A stretch of DNA of 64,000 nt from a bacterium. Lineage in GTDB: Bacteria; Electryoneota; Electryoneia; Electryoneales; Electryoneaceae. The position numbers and the translations under genes are program-made. Below the pieces are notes generated by a model. It did no database searches. It was not told where the DNA came from and saw nothing but the letters and a program-made list of their open reading frames with translations. The stretch lies in NCBI GenBank assembly GCA_963675295.2, contig CAXXKJ010000002.1:2048001-2112000 (forward strand), given 5' to 3'. Positions 48,676 to 63,297 of the stretch are shown here, piece by piece (positions within the stretch are counted from its first letter, which is position 1; each line of letters starts with the position of its first letter).

Positions 48676-48896
48676 TGTCGATCCGCAAGAAGGTTGACCG
48701 ATTCCATGAGAACGGCATCCTCTACATTGATTACAAGGACGTGAAGTTGCTGAGTCGGTTCATCACCGAGCAGGGGAAGATCATTCCCCGTCGCATCAGC
48801 GGGACCTGTGCGAAGAACCAGCGGATGCTGGTGGACGCGATCAAGCGGGCCCGGTTCATGGCGTTGCTTCCGTATGTCTCGGACACGCCGAGGTAA
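48672..48896 (+). CDS. rpsR: 30S ribosomal protein bS18
   Basis: [37 protein letters not shown]. Confidence 0.97.
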   Translation: MMSIRKKVDRFHENGILYIDYKDVKLLSRFITEQGKIIPRRISGTCAKNQRMLVDAIKRARFMALLPYVSDTPR

Positions 48897-49001
48897 GTGT
48901 GGTCAACCGTCCTAAACGGTGAGCCGTTAGCAACAGCCAATATGAGGGTTGTTCGAGCTCATCCAGGCAGACTGCGTTACCGTGAAAGGTCAGATGTTTT
49001 G

Positions 49002-49029
49002 CTCAAGACTCAGGACTCAAGACTCAGGA
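49002..49029. repeat. Heptamer tandem repeat CTCA(A/G)GA x4
   Basis: ctcaaga ctcagga ctcaaga ctcagga. Confidence 0.9.
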
Positions 49030-49054
49030 CTTGAGAAGAGAGGTGGTGAAGACG

Positions 49055-49738
49055 ATGAAAGTACTTCTTCGTGAAAGTTACGAGAATCTTGGCCGCACCG
49101 GCGATATTGTCGATGTGAAGCCGGGGTTTGCGCGCAACTTTCTCGTGCCGCAGGGAATTGCGTATCCGGCGAATCCATTTTACCGGAAGCGTTTTGAGGC
49201 GGAACGGGAATCGTTGCTTCGTTTGGACGCCGAGCGTCGCAGCCGTGCCGAAGCGGTGGCGGAGCGCGCGACCGGTGCCAAGGTAGAGTTCAAGGTTCGT
49301 GTCAGCGAACGCGGGCAGATGTTTGGTGCGATTACCAACGGTAACATCGCGGACTCGTTGCACGAGCAGGGTATTGAGATCGATCGCCGGAAGATTGTGC
49401 TTCCCGCACCGATCAAGAACCTGGGTGAGCACACCGTCGTCGTGCGTCCGCACGGTGATGTCGAGTTTGATGTGCTCGTGCAGGTGATTCCGGAATCCAC
49501 GCCGGAAGCGTTGCGTGAGCTCAGCATCCGGGAGCTGGTGGAAGGTGTCTCGGAAGAAGAGCTGATGGAACAGGCAGCAGCGGAAGCCGCGGCAGAAGCA
49601 GCGGCGAATGAAGAAGCTGCCGAAGAAATGGGCGCGGAAGCCGGCGAGTCGGTTGAAATCGTTGAAATGGTGGAAGCCCGGGCAGATTCCGAGGATGACG
49701 AAGCGTCTGAGTCCGAGGAAGAGGAGAAGAAGGACTAG
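49055..49738 (+). CDS. rplI: 50S ribosomal protein bL9 with acidic tail
   Basis: MKVLL..LG..GDIVDVKPGFARNFLVPQG, G.MFGAIT, IDRRKI, PIKNLG. Confidence 0.95.
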   Translation: MKVLLRESYENLGRTGDIVDVKPGFARNFLVPQGIAYPANPFYRKRFEAERESLLRLDAERRSRAEAVAERATGAKVEFKVRVSERGQMFGAITNGNIADSLHEQGIEIDRRKIVLPAPIKNLGEHTVVVRPHGDVEFDVLVQVIPESTPEALRELSIRELVEGVSEEELMEQAAAEAAAEAAANEEAAEEMGAEAGESVEIVEMVEARADSEDDEASESEEEEKKD

Positions 49739-50220
49739 CATGCCTCGAGCATGTGGAGTCCTGCGGTCTCCTGCCACTTGACGGTGCAGAATCCAGGTCG
49801 TATCATAGGCGCCGCACGACGACAGCCGGGCGCTGGAACGCCCGGTTGTTCTTTGTAAAAGCGAGGGTGGGTCGAGGTTGAGAAGAGCACGGAGGAATTC
49901 CAAATTCTTCTACTTGACTCGCTTCCGATGAGCGTCGTACCATAGATGACGCGCCGATCATCGGGTCAGTGTTCTGATGATCGGTTGTTCTGTCACATGC
50001 GGGATGGTTTTGGAAGTGAAGCCATCCACCTTCAGCTGGAAGAGCAGGTTGAAGGGACTGGGTTGCGAAGGAGGCTCCAGGGTCTCGGAGCAGCACTTGA
50101 CAGCGGGCCTCAGATAGCCGTACCGTATGGGGCTTTTGCACGGCAGGTGTTGCGAGACAAAAGCGCAACCGTTTGAGTGTAAAAGACTTCGGTGACGATT
50201 GTCACCGTTTTCATTCAGTC

Positions 50221-50233
50221 TGATCTTTGACAA
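50221..50233 (+). promoter_or_regulatory. rrn leader boxA-like antitermination site
   Basis: TGATCTTTGACAA; GATCTTTGACAAGCG recurs in the spacer at ~52223. Confidence 0.7.
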
Positions 50234-50313
50234 GCGTACACGCGATAAATGTGCGGTGTCCTTGCGATCGAGAGATTGCAAACGACACAACTTACGCAAA
50301 GTGTGTCATTCTG

Positions 50314-51810
<1,497 letters not shown>

Positions 51811-51985
51811 AAGGAGCAGGCAGTCTTTGGGAAGCCTAGCTGGACAGAACTGGAATGACACTGCCAGGTCTGCGAAGCGAAGCTGTTGCACCCGAGGACA
51901 CTAACTGCCGAAGGTCGAACGCACATGTAAGCGTGTACGCGAAGTGTATCCCACCAATCCCGCGCTTTGCGCGGGATTGGGTTGT

Positions 51986-52059
<74 letters not shown>

Positions 52060-52113
52060 CGTAAGTGGGCTCGGCTTCGAACGGATTGAGCGCGCGGCTG
52101 TCAGGTTTTTGAC

Positions 52114-52186
52114 GGGGCGTTAGCTCAGTTGGGAGAGCACCGGCTTTGCAAGCCGGGGGTCACCGGTTCGAGCCCGGTACGCTCCA
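52114..52186 (+). tRNA. tRNA-Ala(UGC)
   Basis: GGGGCGT/ACGCTCC with G3:U70, TTTGCAA loop. Confidence 0.97.
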
Positions 52187-52382
52187 CAGCGGGCGTCGCG
52201 GGTAGCGAGGCCGGCATACACGGATCTTTGACAAGCGAGGTTGTAAAGAGGTCTTCCTGATTTATGCTAGTCACATGAATCAGGTCGCGGAGCGCATTTT
52301 GAGGTACAAGAAGTACATAGTAGTACAATTGAGGTTTGTAGTCCGACCTCGTCCGTTTCCTGGATAAGGAAAGAAGGATTTC

Positions 52383-55287
<2,905 letters not shown>

Positions 55288-55394
55288 GATTCTTTTTTCC
55301 TGAACCCGGAAACGGGCGAAGTCGGATTAAAGATCTGTAAGTGCGTTCTGTAGTAAAACCTCTTAACAACCTCGTTTGTTCATCGAATTTTCCT

Positions 55395-55510
55395 TTCGGT
55401 GATCATTGCGCAGGGGAAACACCTCTTCCCATTCCGAACAGAGCCGTTAAGCCCTGCTGCGCCGATGGTACTGCTTGGGTAACCTTGTGGGAGAGTAGGT
55501 CGTCACCGAG
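55395..55510 (+). rRNA. rrf: 5S rRNA (ends approximate)
   Basis: CCCATTCCGAAC, GTTAAGCC, GCCGATGGTACT, GGGAGAGTAGGTCG; terminal stem TCGGTGA/TCACCGA. Confidence 0.96.
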
Positions 55511-55518
55511 GGACTTTA

Positions 55519-55553
55519 AACGCCCGTCGCTTTTGCGACGGGCGTTCTTTGTT
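55519..55553 (+). terminator. rrn terminator
   Basis: AACGCCCGTCGC tttt GCGACGGGCGTT + T-rich tail. Confidence 0.85.
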
Positions 55554-55791
55554 TATCCCCCGACCATCACACAAACTCTGACTCCTCCCGTTACCTCCGG
55601 CCAGGCTTCTCAATCCTGCCAACTCCTGATTTCGTGTGGCGTTCGCGGTTGGCGATCAGCTTCGATCCCACAACGTGATCGTCCTCCACCTCTCAGCTGG
55701 GTTTCTCAGTCAGATCATCCTTTCATCTTGCTCTATTGACTGGCAACACGTATGCTCGAACCTGGAGACATGGTTAACAAGGGGCATGACG

Positions 55792-57570
55792 ATGAAACGA
55801 CTTACTTTGTTTGCTTTGCTGTTGACGGTGCCGTTCCTGGCGCTGGGGCAGGTGGAATTTGAGATGAGTGTTGTCGGCTCAATGGACGGCGCGACGAATG
55901 TGCACGCGGCAGATGTCGATATGGATGGTGACATCGATATCCTCGGCGCGGCGGAGCTCGGGGACGAAATCGGCTGGTATGAACAGACCACCGGCGGGTG
56001 GGTGGAGCACATCCTGACCACGACGGCGGACGGCGCGACCAATGTCAACGCGGCCGACCTCAACGGTGATGGCAACATGGACATCATCGGCATGTCGTAC
56101 CAGGACATCACGATGTTGTGGTACGGCGACGGTGCCGGCGGATTCACGTACTACGAAGTTCCGGCCTATGAAGGTGCCAAAGAGCTGATCCCGTGGGATG
56201 TGGACGGCGACGACGACCTCGACCTGTTCGTTACCAACCAGGGCATTGACCAGGTTGGTTGGCTCGAGAACACAGGTGATCCAACCACCTGGCCGGTCCA
56301 CGCGATCAGCAACTCGTTCGACGGTGCCTGGGGATGCTTCGTTGGCGACCTCGACAACGATGGGGATGTGGATGTCGCCGCTGTCGCCCGCTACGGTGAT
56401 GACGTCGCGTGGTGGGAGAACATGGGTGGCGACACGTGGACCCAGCATACGCTCGACACCGACTTCGACTACCCGCATGGCATGAACGGTGCGGACATCG
56501 ACTATGACGGCGACCTCGACCTGGTTGCGGCGGCACGCAATGACGACGCGATCGCCATGTGGGTCAACGACGGCGCGGGTAACTTCACCCGCCAGAACAT
56601 CTCGCTGACGGCAGACGGCGCGGACGACGTTCATGTGGTCGATGTCGACATGGACGGCGACATGGATATCGTCGCGGCGGTTAACTACGCGGATGACGTC
56701 GTCTGGTTCGAACAGACCCCGGAAGGCTGGACCGAACACTCCATCGACGACAACATTGATGGCGCCACGGGTGTTTACGCTGCCGACGTGGATGGCGACG
56801 GCGACCCGGATTTGATGGCGGCAGGCTACGGTGCGGACGAATTCCGGCTCTATACTCAGCTCGGCGAGCCCGGCCCGGTGACGCTTACCCTGACCGGCAC
56901 CAACACTACGATCCCGGCGGCGGGCGGCACGGTCATGTATGACGCGCACCTGGTCAGCACGCTTCCCGGCACGATGCCAGGATTGCGTTTCTGGACCTAT
57001 GTCACATTGCCGAACGCTCAGGAATTCGGTCCGTTGATGAATATGCCGTTCACGCTGACGCCGTTCATGGATGTCACGGTGACCGACCTGACGCAGGACA
57101 TCCCGAATTACGCACCGGCGGGTGACTACACCTTCACCGGCTATGCCGGGGTGATGAACAACCCGAACCTGCAGATCTCGGATTCGTTCATGTTCACGAA
57201 GGAGGGCGCGGGTACGGACGCGGCGATCCCGTTCAACGCCAGCGACTGGTACGCCGCGGGCTTCTCGGTTGCTCAGGATGCCGGCTCGGTGGTCTCCTTG
57301 CCGACGGAGTTCTCGGTCAGCAGTGCGTATCCGAATCCGTTCAACCCGGAAACTCAGCTGACGGTGTACCTGCCGGAAACGGGACAGTTGACGGTACACG
57401 TGTTCAACGTGACCGGCCAGCTGGTCAGCACCCTCGCGAACGGTCAGATGAGTGCCGGACAGCAGCTGTTGACGTTTAACGGCGCGAACCTGTCCAGCGG
57501 CATTTACTTCATCCAGGCGGACTTCGCCGGGTTCGGCAGCCAGGTGCAGAAGGTGACGTTGATGAAGTAA
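55792..57570 (+). CDS. FG-GAP/VCBS repeat secreted protein with T9SS-like CTD, copy 1
   Basis: Signal peptide; seven D.D.DGD.D repeats; AYPNPFNP..LSSGIYF..QKVTLMK. Confidence 0.9.
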   Translation: MKRLTLFALLLTVPFLALGQVEFEMSVVGSMDGATNVHAADVDMDGDIDILGAAELGDEIGWYEQTTGGWVEHILTTTADGATNVNAADLNGDGNMDIIGMSYQDITMLWYGDGAGGFTYYEVPAYEGAKELIPWDVDGDDDLDLFVTNQGIDQVGWLENTGDPTTWPVHAISNSFDGAWGCFVGDLDNDGDVDVAAVARYGDDVAWWENMGGDTWTQHTLDTDFDYPHGMNGADIDYDGDLDLVAAARNDDAIAMWVNDGAGNFTRQNISLTADGADDVHVVDVDMDGDMDIVAAVNYADDVVWFEQTPEGWTEHSIDDNIDGATGVYAADVDGDGDPDLMAAGYGADEFRLYTQLGEPGPVTLTLTGTNTTIPAAGGTVMYDAHLVSTLPGTMPGLRFWTYVTLPNAQEFGPLMNMPFTLTPFMDVTVTDLTQDIPNYAPAGDYTFTGYAGVMNNPNLQISDSFMFTKEGAGTDAAIPFNASDWYAAGFSVAQDAGSVVSLPTEFSVSSAYPNPFNPETQLTVYLPETGQLTVHVFNVTGQLVSTLANGQMSAGQQLLTFNGANLSSGIYFIQADFAGFGSQVQKVTLMK

Positions 57571-57574
57571 GGCA

Positions 57575-57658
57575 GTCTCGCGTCTCTGGTCTCTCGTCTT
57601 TCGCGAGAGTCGCAACAGACGCCAAAGACGCCAAAGACGCAAAGGACGCAACGGACGC
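57575..57658. repeat. Heptamer (GTCTCnn x4) and nonamer (GACGCnAnn x5) tandem repeats
   Basis: gtctcgc gtctctg gtctctc gtctttc; gacgccaaa gacgccaaa gacgcaaag gacgcaacg gacgc. Confidence 0.85.
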
Positions 57659-57731
57659 ACCTTTGATGCGACCGCAGGAATTGAGGTGATCACTGTATCA
57701 GAAGTGACCGCCGCAACGGATGCAACAACTC

Positions 57732-57761
57732 AATTGCCACGGACTTCGGTCCGTGGCAATT
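57732..57761. repeat. REP-like palindrome, copy 2
   Basis: AATTGCCACGGAC ttcg GTCCGTGGCAATT. Confidence 0.8.
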
Positions 57762-57915
57762 TCTTTCCGCCGCCCGCAGTCCATAGCCCATTGTCCCCGT
57801 CTCTCTGTCTCGGGTAACAGCATTTCACGTTTTCCGAGTTCTCTTGTCCTGTCGAATTTTCGCACGTATGCTATTACTCTCGGATAGCGTGGGAGTGTAG
57901 TTACCAGAGGAGGAT

Positions 57916-59685
57916 TTGATGAAACGGTTTGCATGGTTGTTTGTGTTGTTGCTGCCGGCATTTGCGCTGGCGCAGGTTACGTTTGAGACGATCCCGGTTG
58001 GTTCTGGATTTGACGGCGCGTTGAATGTGCGGTCGGCCGACCTCGACGGTGACGGCGACATTGACATCGTCGGCGCGGCCGAATCGGCGGATGAAGCGGC
58101 GTGGTGGGAGAATACCGGCACCGGTTGGGAACAGCATTACCTCGGCACGCTCTATTGGGCGACCGGTCTCGCAACGGCGGACATGGATGGTGACGGCGAC
58201 GTCGATATCTGCGTCTCACCGGCCACGGTGGACAACGTCAGCTGGTTCGAAAATGACGGCATTGGCAATTTCACCTGGAACGAACTGGTCACCTTCGGCG
58301 GAGCGCGTGATGTTGCGGCCAGTGATATGGACGGCGACGGCGACATGGACATGATTGTCTGCGCGACCAGTTCCGGCGCGGTTTCCTGGCTCGAGAACAT
58401 CGGGGATGCGACCAACTGGCCGGAGCATGTCATCGGCACGTTCTCATATGCGTACCACGTGGACGTCGCGGACATTGACGACGACGGCGATCCGGATGTC
58501 GCGATTTGCGGCTCGAGCTCGGGCGATGTCGGCTGGTTCCAGAATGCCGGCGGCGATACGTGGACGTTGAATTATCTCAACCAGAGCTTCAGCGATGCGC
58601 GCACGGTCGCAATTGCGGACATGAACGATGACGGCCTGCTCGACATCGTTGCTACGTCTCGCGCAGACGACATCGCGTGGTGGGAGAACGGCTCGGATGT
58701 CTGGCCGATGCACTACATCACGCAGAGTTTTGACGGTGCGGACTCGGTCTGCCCGGCGGACATCGACATGGACGGCGACATGGATGTCGCCGCGGCGGCG
58801 GTGACGGCAGACGAAATCGCCTGGTTCGAACAGGACGGTGGCAACTGGATTCAGCACACCATCGACGCCACGATGGACTATGCCTCCGGTGTCTGGATTG
58901 ACGATGTCGATCAGGACGGCGACCCGGACGTTCTCGCGGCGGCGTACTACTCCGACTCGATTGTGCTCTATTCGCAGATGGGCACTCCGGAGCCGGACCC
59001 GGTGACGTTGACCCTCACGCGTCTCACCGAGACCATCCCGCCGCAGGGTGGCACGCTGCTCTACGGAGCCCACCTGGTCAGCACCTTGCCGAACACGATA
59101 CAGGGCCTGCGCTACTGGACCACGGTGATCCTGCCGACCTCGCAGGAGTTCGGCCCGCTGATGCAGCAGCCGTTCACCATGACGCCGTTCATGGACGTCG
59201 AGATCTTCAACTTGACTCAGCAGATCCCGAACTACGCTCCGGCGGGTCAGTATACCTTCATCGGGCATGTTGGCTTCCCGAACAACCCGGCGTTGCAGAT
59301 TACGGACGACTTCACGTTCACCAAGGAAGGTGCGACGGCTGACTCGTACGTGCTCGATCCGGCGGACTGGACCGGCAGCGGCTTCGACCTGACGAACGAT
59401 TCCGAATCCGCGGTGATGCTCGAAAGTGCCGTGCTGGCCTCGGTTTCGCCGAACCCGTTCAACGCTGCTACGACGGTCCGTGTACACCTGCCGCAAACGG
59501 AAGAGGTGACACTGCGTGTGGTCAACCTGCTCGGTCAGGAGATCAGCACGCTCACCCGTGGGCAGCTCAGCGCCGGTCAGCACGAGTTTCTCGTTGACGG
59601 CGGCGAGCTTTCCAGCGGCATCTACTTCCTCACCGGCGCGGTCGGGACAGAATCCGTGTCGCAGAAGCTGGTCGTGATCAAGTAG
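57916..59685 (+). CDS. FG-GAP/VCBS repeat secreted protein with T9SS-like CTD, copy 2
   Basis: Signal peptide; D.DGDGD.D repeats; SPNPFN..VNLLGQE..LSSGIYF..QKLVVIK. Confidence 0.9.
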   Translation: MMKRFAWLFVLLLPAFALAQVTFETIPVGSGFDGALNVRSADLDGDGDIDIVGAAESADEAAWWENTGTGWEQHYLGTLYWATGLATADMDGDGDVDICVSPATVDNVSWFENDGIGNFTWNELVTFGGARDVAASDMDGDGDMDMIVCATSSGAVSWLENIGDATNWPEHVIGTFSYAYHVDVADIDDDGDPDVAICGSSSGDVGWFQNAGGDTWTLNYLNQSFSDARTVAIADMNDDGLLDIVATSRADDIAWWENGSDVWPMHYITQSFDGADSVCPADIDMDGDMDVAAAAVTADEIAWFEQDGGNWIQHTIDATMDYASGVWIDDVDQDGDPDVLAAAYYSDSIVLYSQMGTPEPDPVTLTLTRLTETIPPQGGTLLYGAHLVSTLPNTIQGLRYWTTVILPTSQEFGPLMQQPFTMTPFMDVEIFNLTQQIPNYAPAGQYTFIGHVGFPNNPALQITDDFTFTKEGATADSYVLDPADWTGSGFDLTNDSESAVMLESAVLASVSPNPFNAATTVRVHLPQTEEVTLRVVNLLGQEISTLTRGQLSAGQHEFLVDGGELSSGIYFLTGAVGTESVSQKLVVIK

Positions 59686-59747
59686 TTGCGAACGAAGCAC
59701 AACAAATGCGTTGGAGGTTCTTGTTTCCTCGAGCGTTGCAGGATTTC

Positions 59748-59776
59748 AAGGCGGACCAGCGCGGTCCGCCTTTTTT
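59748..59776 (+). terminator. Intrinsic terminator
   Basis: AAGGCGGACC agcgc GGTCCGCCTT + T-run. Confidence 0.75.
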
Positions 59777-59802
59777 ACGTGTTACTTTTGCGCATCTTAC
59801 AG

Positions 59803-59826
59803 TACCACGGACTTCAGTCCGTGGTG
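59803..59826. repeat. REP-like palindrome, copy 3
   Basis: TACCACGGACT tc AGTCCGTGGTG. Confidence 0.8.
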
Positions 59827-59881
59827 GTGATAGCAATCCGTGGAAGCATGAGTTCTGGTCACACAATCCAGGAGCTTGCCT

Positions 59882-60595
59882 GTGGCGGTCATTACGGATG
59901 ACGCGATCCGTTTCATGGCGGATCTGTGGGAGAACAACAACAAGGACTGGTTCGACGCCAACCGCGAGCGGTATGAGCGGGTGCTTCGTGATCCGTTGAA
60001 AGCGTTGCGGGACGAGCTGACGACCCCGGTATCATTGCTGTTGCTGGACGCGCCGAAGCCGAAGATCTCGCGCATCAACCAGGACCTGCGGTTCCACAAG
60101 GATCGGCCACCGTACAAGGAGCACATGTGGATCTCCTGGGTGCAGCCACCGGCGGAGCTGATGGCGGCGCTCAGCCGTGACGGGTGGAGCGGAGTCGTCG
60201 CGATTGGTGGGGACAAGGACGATCTCGCAACCTGGCGGCAGAACCTGGTCACGCATCACGCTCTCTGGCGGAGCTACGCGACGGCGTTGGGTCTTGGGAA
60301 AGACGTGAACGTGCACGTTGGTAATCCGTACAAGAAGCCGTTGTTCGACGATATCCCTGAGGATGTGTCCGACCTCGTCCAGGCGCGTCAGCTTTATATC
60401 TATCCGCACGCGACTCCGCGCTTCTCAGCCTCCCCGGAATCTGATTTGCTGAAACAGATGGCGATGTTGCTTCCGGCGCATTTATTTGCCACCATTGCGA
60501 CAGCTCATCTTCCGGAGGTATTGCGGGAGCTGGCAGAGACGGTGATCCCGCCGGACAAGAGGGTGGCGAAAGTCTGGGCGGCAGCCAGACCGTAA
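59882..60595 (+). CDS. DUF2461-like protein
   Basis: F..DL.ENNNKDWFDANRERYE and RINQDLRFHKD.PPYK motifs. Confidence 0.75.
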   Translation: MAVITDDAIRFMADLWENNNKDWFDANRERYERVLRDPLKALRDELTTPVSLLLLDAPKPKISRINQDLRFHKDRPPYKEHMWISWVQPPAELMAALSRDGWSGVVAIGGDKDDLATWRQNLVTHHALWRSYATALGLGKDVNVHVGNPYKKPLFDDIPEDVSDLVQARQLYIYPHATPRFSASPESDLLKQMAMLLPAHLFATIATAHLPEVLRELAETVIPPDKRVAKVWAAARP

Positions 60596-60643
60596 TCAGG
60601 TAGAACGAATACGTGGGCGACCGCGTTGCAGGGAGAGTGACCG

Positions 60644-61858
60644 ATGGCGTTTCCACGTGTGGAAAAGATCGCGGCGGTGTGGCGGAAAGAACTGCTGGAC
60701 ATAGTCCGGGACCGGCGCACGCTGATGTCGATGATCGTCGTACCGATCCTGCTGATTCCGGTGATGATGATTGTTGGGGGCGTGGTTGCCGCTTCGGCGA
60801 TGAAGTCGCTGGAGTCGAAAGAGCTGGTGATCGCGACGGTGGATTCGCAAACATCACCGCGTCTGCTGACTGTGCTGCACGACGTCGACCAGGCTACGCT
60901 CGTCGATTACACCGGCATGCCGTTGGACAGTCTTCGCGCACGCATCTCGGACAATTCGATCCAGGCGGCGGTTATTTTTCCAGATGTCGACCTCGACGAT
61001 CCATCGATACAACCGACGGTCACCGTCATGTACCGTGAGGACCGGGAGAAGTCGGAGCTCGCCAACCGCCGCATCAGCAAGCAGCTGGACGCCTTCACCG
61101 ACGAGCTCATTTCAGAGCGGCTGGTCGCGTTTAACGCGCCGGAATCGGTGGTAACTCCGTTCGTGATCGAGGAGGAGAACCTCGCCACGGACGAGCAGAT
61201 GATTCTCATGGCGCTCGCCTCGTTCCTGCCGTACATGCTGATCCTGATCACGTTTACCGGCGCGCTCTACCCGGCGATCGACATGACGGCGGGGGAAAAG
61301 GAACGTGGCACCCTGGAGACATTGCTCGCGAGTCCGGCGAGCCGGCTGGAAATCGTCTTCGGCAAATTCATGGCTGTCTTCTCAACGGCGATGATTTCCG
61401 GGATACTGTCGGTGCTCTCGTTGACTGTCGCGATTGTCTCAGGCACCTCGTGGCTCGGCACTGAAATCGGGCAGGAATTGACGCTCGAAATCAATGCCGG
61501 CGCGATCCTCGGCGCGTTGTCGATGATGATCCCGCTGGCGGCGTTGTTTGCCTCGATTCTGCTCACCGTCTGCGTGTTCGCCAAGAGTACGCGTGAGGCG
61601 CAAAGCTACGTGCAGCCGCTGGTCTTCCTGCTCATCCTGCCGGCGATGATGTCGATGATGCCCGGATCGGAGAGTGACATGGGCAGCGCGTGGACGCCGG
61701 TCGTGAATGTCTCGCTGGCCGTCGAGAGTCTGCTCACTGATCAGGCGGACCCGGCGTTCATCGGCAACACGCTGCTTTCGACCACGGTGTACGCTCTGCT
61801 CGGCATCTTGCTGACCACCCGCGTCTTTCAAAAAGAAACAGCTTTGTTCCGAGTGTAA
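60644..61858 (+). CDS. ABC-2 permease, NatB-like
   Basis: KELLDIVRDRRTL, AIDMTAGEKERGTLETLL.SP, FAKS.REAQ. Confidence 0.88.
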   Translation: MAFPRVEKIAAVWRKELLDIVRDRRTLMSMIVVPILLIPVMMIVGGVVAASAMKSLESKELVIATVDSQTSPRLLTVLHDVDQATLVDYTGMPLDSLRARISDNSIQAAVIFPDVDLDDPSIQPTVTVMYREDREKSELANRRISKQLDAFTDELISERLVAFNAPESVVTPFVIEEENLATDEQMILMALASFLPYMLILITFTGALYPAIDMTAGEKERGTLETLLASPASRLEIVFGKFMAVFSTAMISGILSVLSLTVAIVSGTSWLGTEIGQELTLEINAGAILGALSMMIPLAALFASILLTVCVFAKSTREAQSYVQPLVFLLILPAMMSMMPGSESDMGSAWTPVVNVSLAVESLLTDQADPAFIGNTLLSTTVYALLGILLTTRVFQKETALFRV

Positions 61859-61869
61859 CAGGACCCTTT

Positions 61870-63231
61870 GTGAACCCGACTGCTGCTTTGACTGAACTCC
61901 CGATTCCCGGCACCGTCTACATCGAGACCTACGGCTGCCAGATGAACCAGGTTGACAGCGAGATTGTGCTCTCGCTGCTGGAGGAATATGGCTACCGCCG
62001 CGCGGAGGAACCGGATCGCGCGGAAATCGTGCTGGTCAACACCTGCGCGGTACGCGAACACGCCGAAGTGAAGGCCATTTCAAACATTGGCCGCTTCAGC
62101 AAGCTGAAGCAGAACGGTCGCGAGATGAAGATCGGTGTGCTCGGCTGTTTGTCGCAGCACGCCGCCGGTGAATTGAAACAGCAGTTACCGTTCCTCGACT
62201 GGATTCTCGGCCCGGATGTCTACCGTACGCTGCCGATTCTGCTCGCGCAGGAAGGTGAGTGCGAAACCCGGATCCTCACCGACGCGCCGAAAGATGAACT
62301 CTACGACGAAGTCCTGCCCAGCCGTCGCGAGGGGATCAACGCGTGGATCACCATTTCACGTGGCTGCAACAACCATTGCGCGTATTGCGTGGTGCCGAAA
62401 GCGCGCGGACGGGAACGTCACCGTCCGGCGGATTCCATTTTGCACGAAGCCCATGAGGCGGTGCAGCAGGGGTTTGTCCAGCTCACCTTGCTCGGGCAGA
62501 ATGTCAACAGCTACCGTCACGGCGACCTCAAATTCCCCGAACTGCTTGCGCAGGTCGCGGAGGTGCCCGGCCTGAAACGGTTGCGGTTCATGACGTCGCA
62601 CCCGAAGGATTGCTCGGAAGAGTTGCTGCGCACCATGGCCGAGCACAAGACCATCTGCCCGGAGCTGCACCTTCCGTTCCAGGCGGGCAGCGACTCGGTG
62701 CTGAAGAAAATGGGCCGCCGTTACACCGCGAAACACTACCGGCACCTGGTCGAGATGGCACGTGAGATCGTTCCGAATCTGCTGCTCAGCACCGATATCA
62801 TCGTCGGTTTCCCCGGCGAGACCCACGCGGACTACCTCGAGACCGAAAAGCTGGTCAGGGATGTGCAGTACGACGACGCATTCGTGTACCGCTATTCGGT
62901 TCGTCCGGGGACACGTGCGGCGTTGAACCTCGAGGACGATGTCCCGATTGAGGTCAAGACCGAACGCCTGATGCGGATCAACGAGATCGTGCGCGAATCA
63001 GGCAAAGTGAACCGGCTGGCATTGCTCGGACAGCAGGCAGTGGTGCTGGTCGAGGGGCCGAGCCCGAAGGATCCACGCGAGAGCCTCGGCCGGACCTTCC
63101 CGGGTCACATGGTAGTCGTGCCCGGCGAGTTCGCTCCCGGAACGCTGGTTCCAGTGGAGTTAACCGAGATGCGCGGGTATACCCTGCGCGCAGAGGTGGA
63201 ACGCAGCTGGTCCCGCACACAGCGGGCGTAA
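61870..63231 (+). CDS. miaB: tRNA methylthiotransferase MiaB
   Basis: ETYGCQMN, NTCAVRE.AE, GCNNHCAYC, LLGQNVNSY, TDIIVGFPGET, TRAM domain. Confidence 0.95.
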   Translation: MNPTAALTELPIPGTVYIETYGCQMNQVDSEIVLSLLEEYGYRRAEEPDRAEIVLVNTCAVREHAEVKAISNIGRFSKLKQNGREMKIGVLGCLSQHAAGELKQQLPFLDWILGPDVYRTLPILLAQEGECETRILTDAPKDELYDEVLPSRREGINAWITISRGCNNHCAYCVVPKARGRERHRPADSILHEAHEAVQQGFVQLTLLGQNVNSYRHGDLKFPELLAQVAEVPGLKRLRFMTSHPKDCSEELLRTMAEHKTICPELHLPFQAGSDSVLKKMGRRYTAKHYRHLVEMAREIVPNLLLSTDIIVGFPGETHADYLETEKLVRDVQYDDAFVYRYSVRPGTRAALNLEDDVPIEVKTERLMRINEIVRESGKVNRLALLGQQAVVLVEGPSPKDPRESLGRTFPGHMVVVPGEFAPGTLVPVELTEMRGYTLRAEVERSWSRTQRA

Positions 63232-63297
63232 TTGCGTTTGCTTAACGTGCCCGTGTTCGCTTGCGAACGCGGGTTGTCTCAGTTCCAATATCCCATC

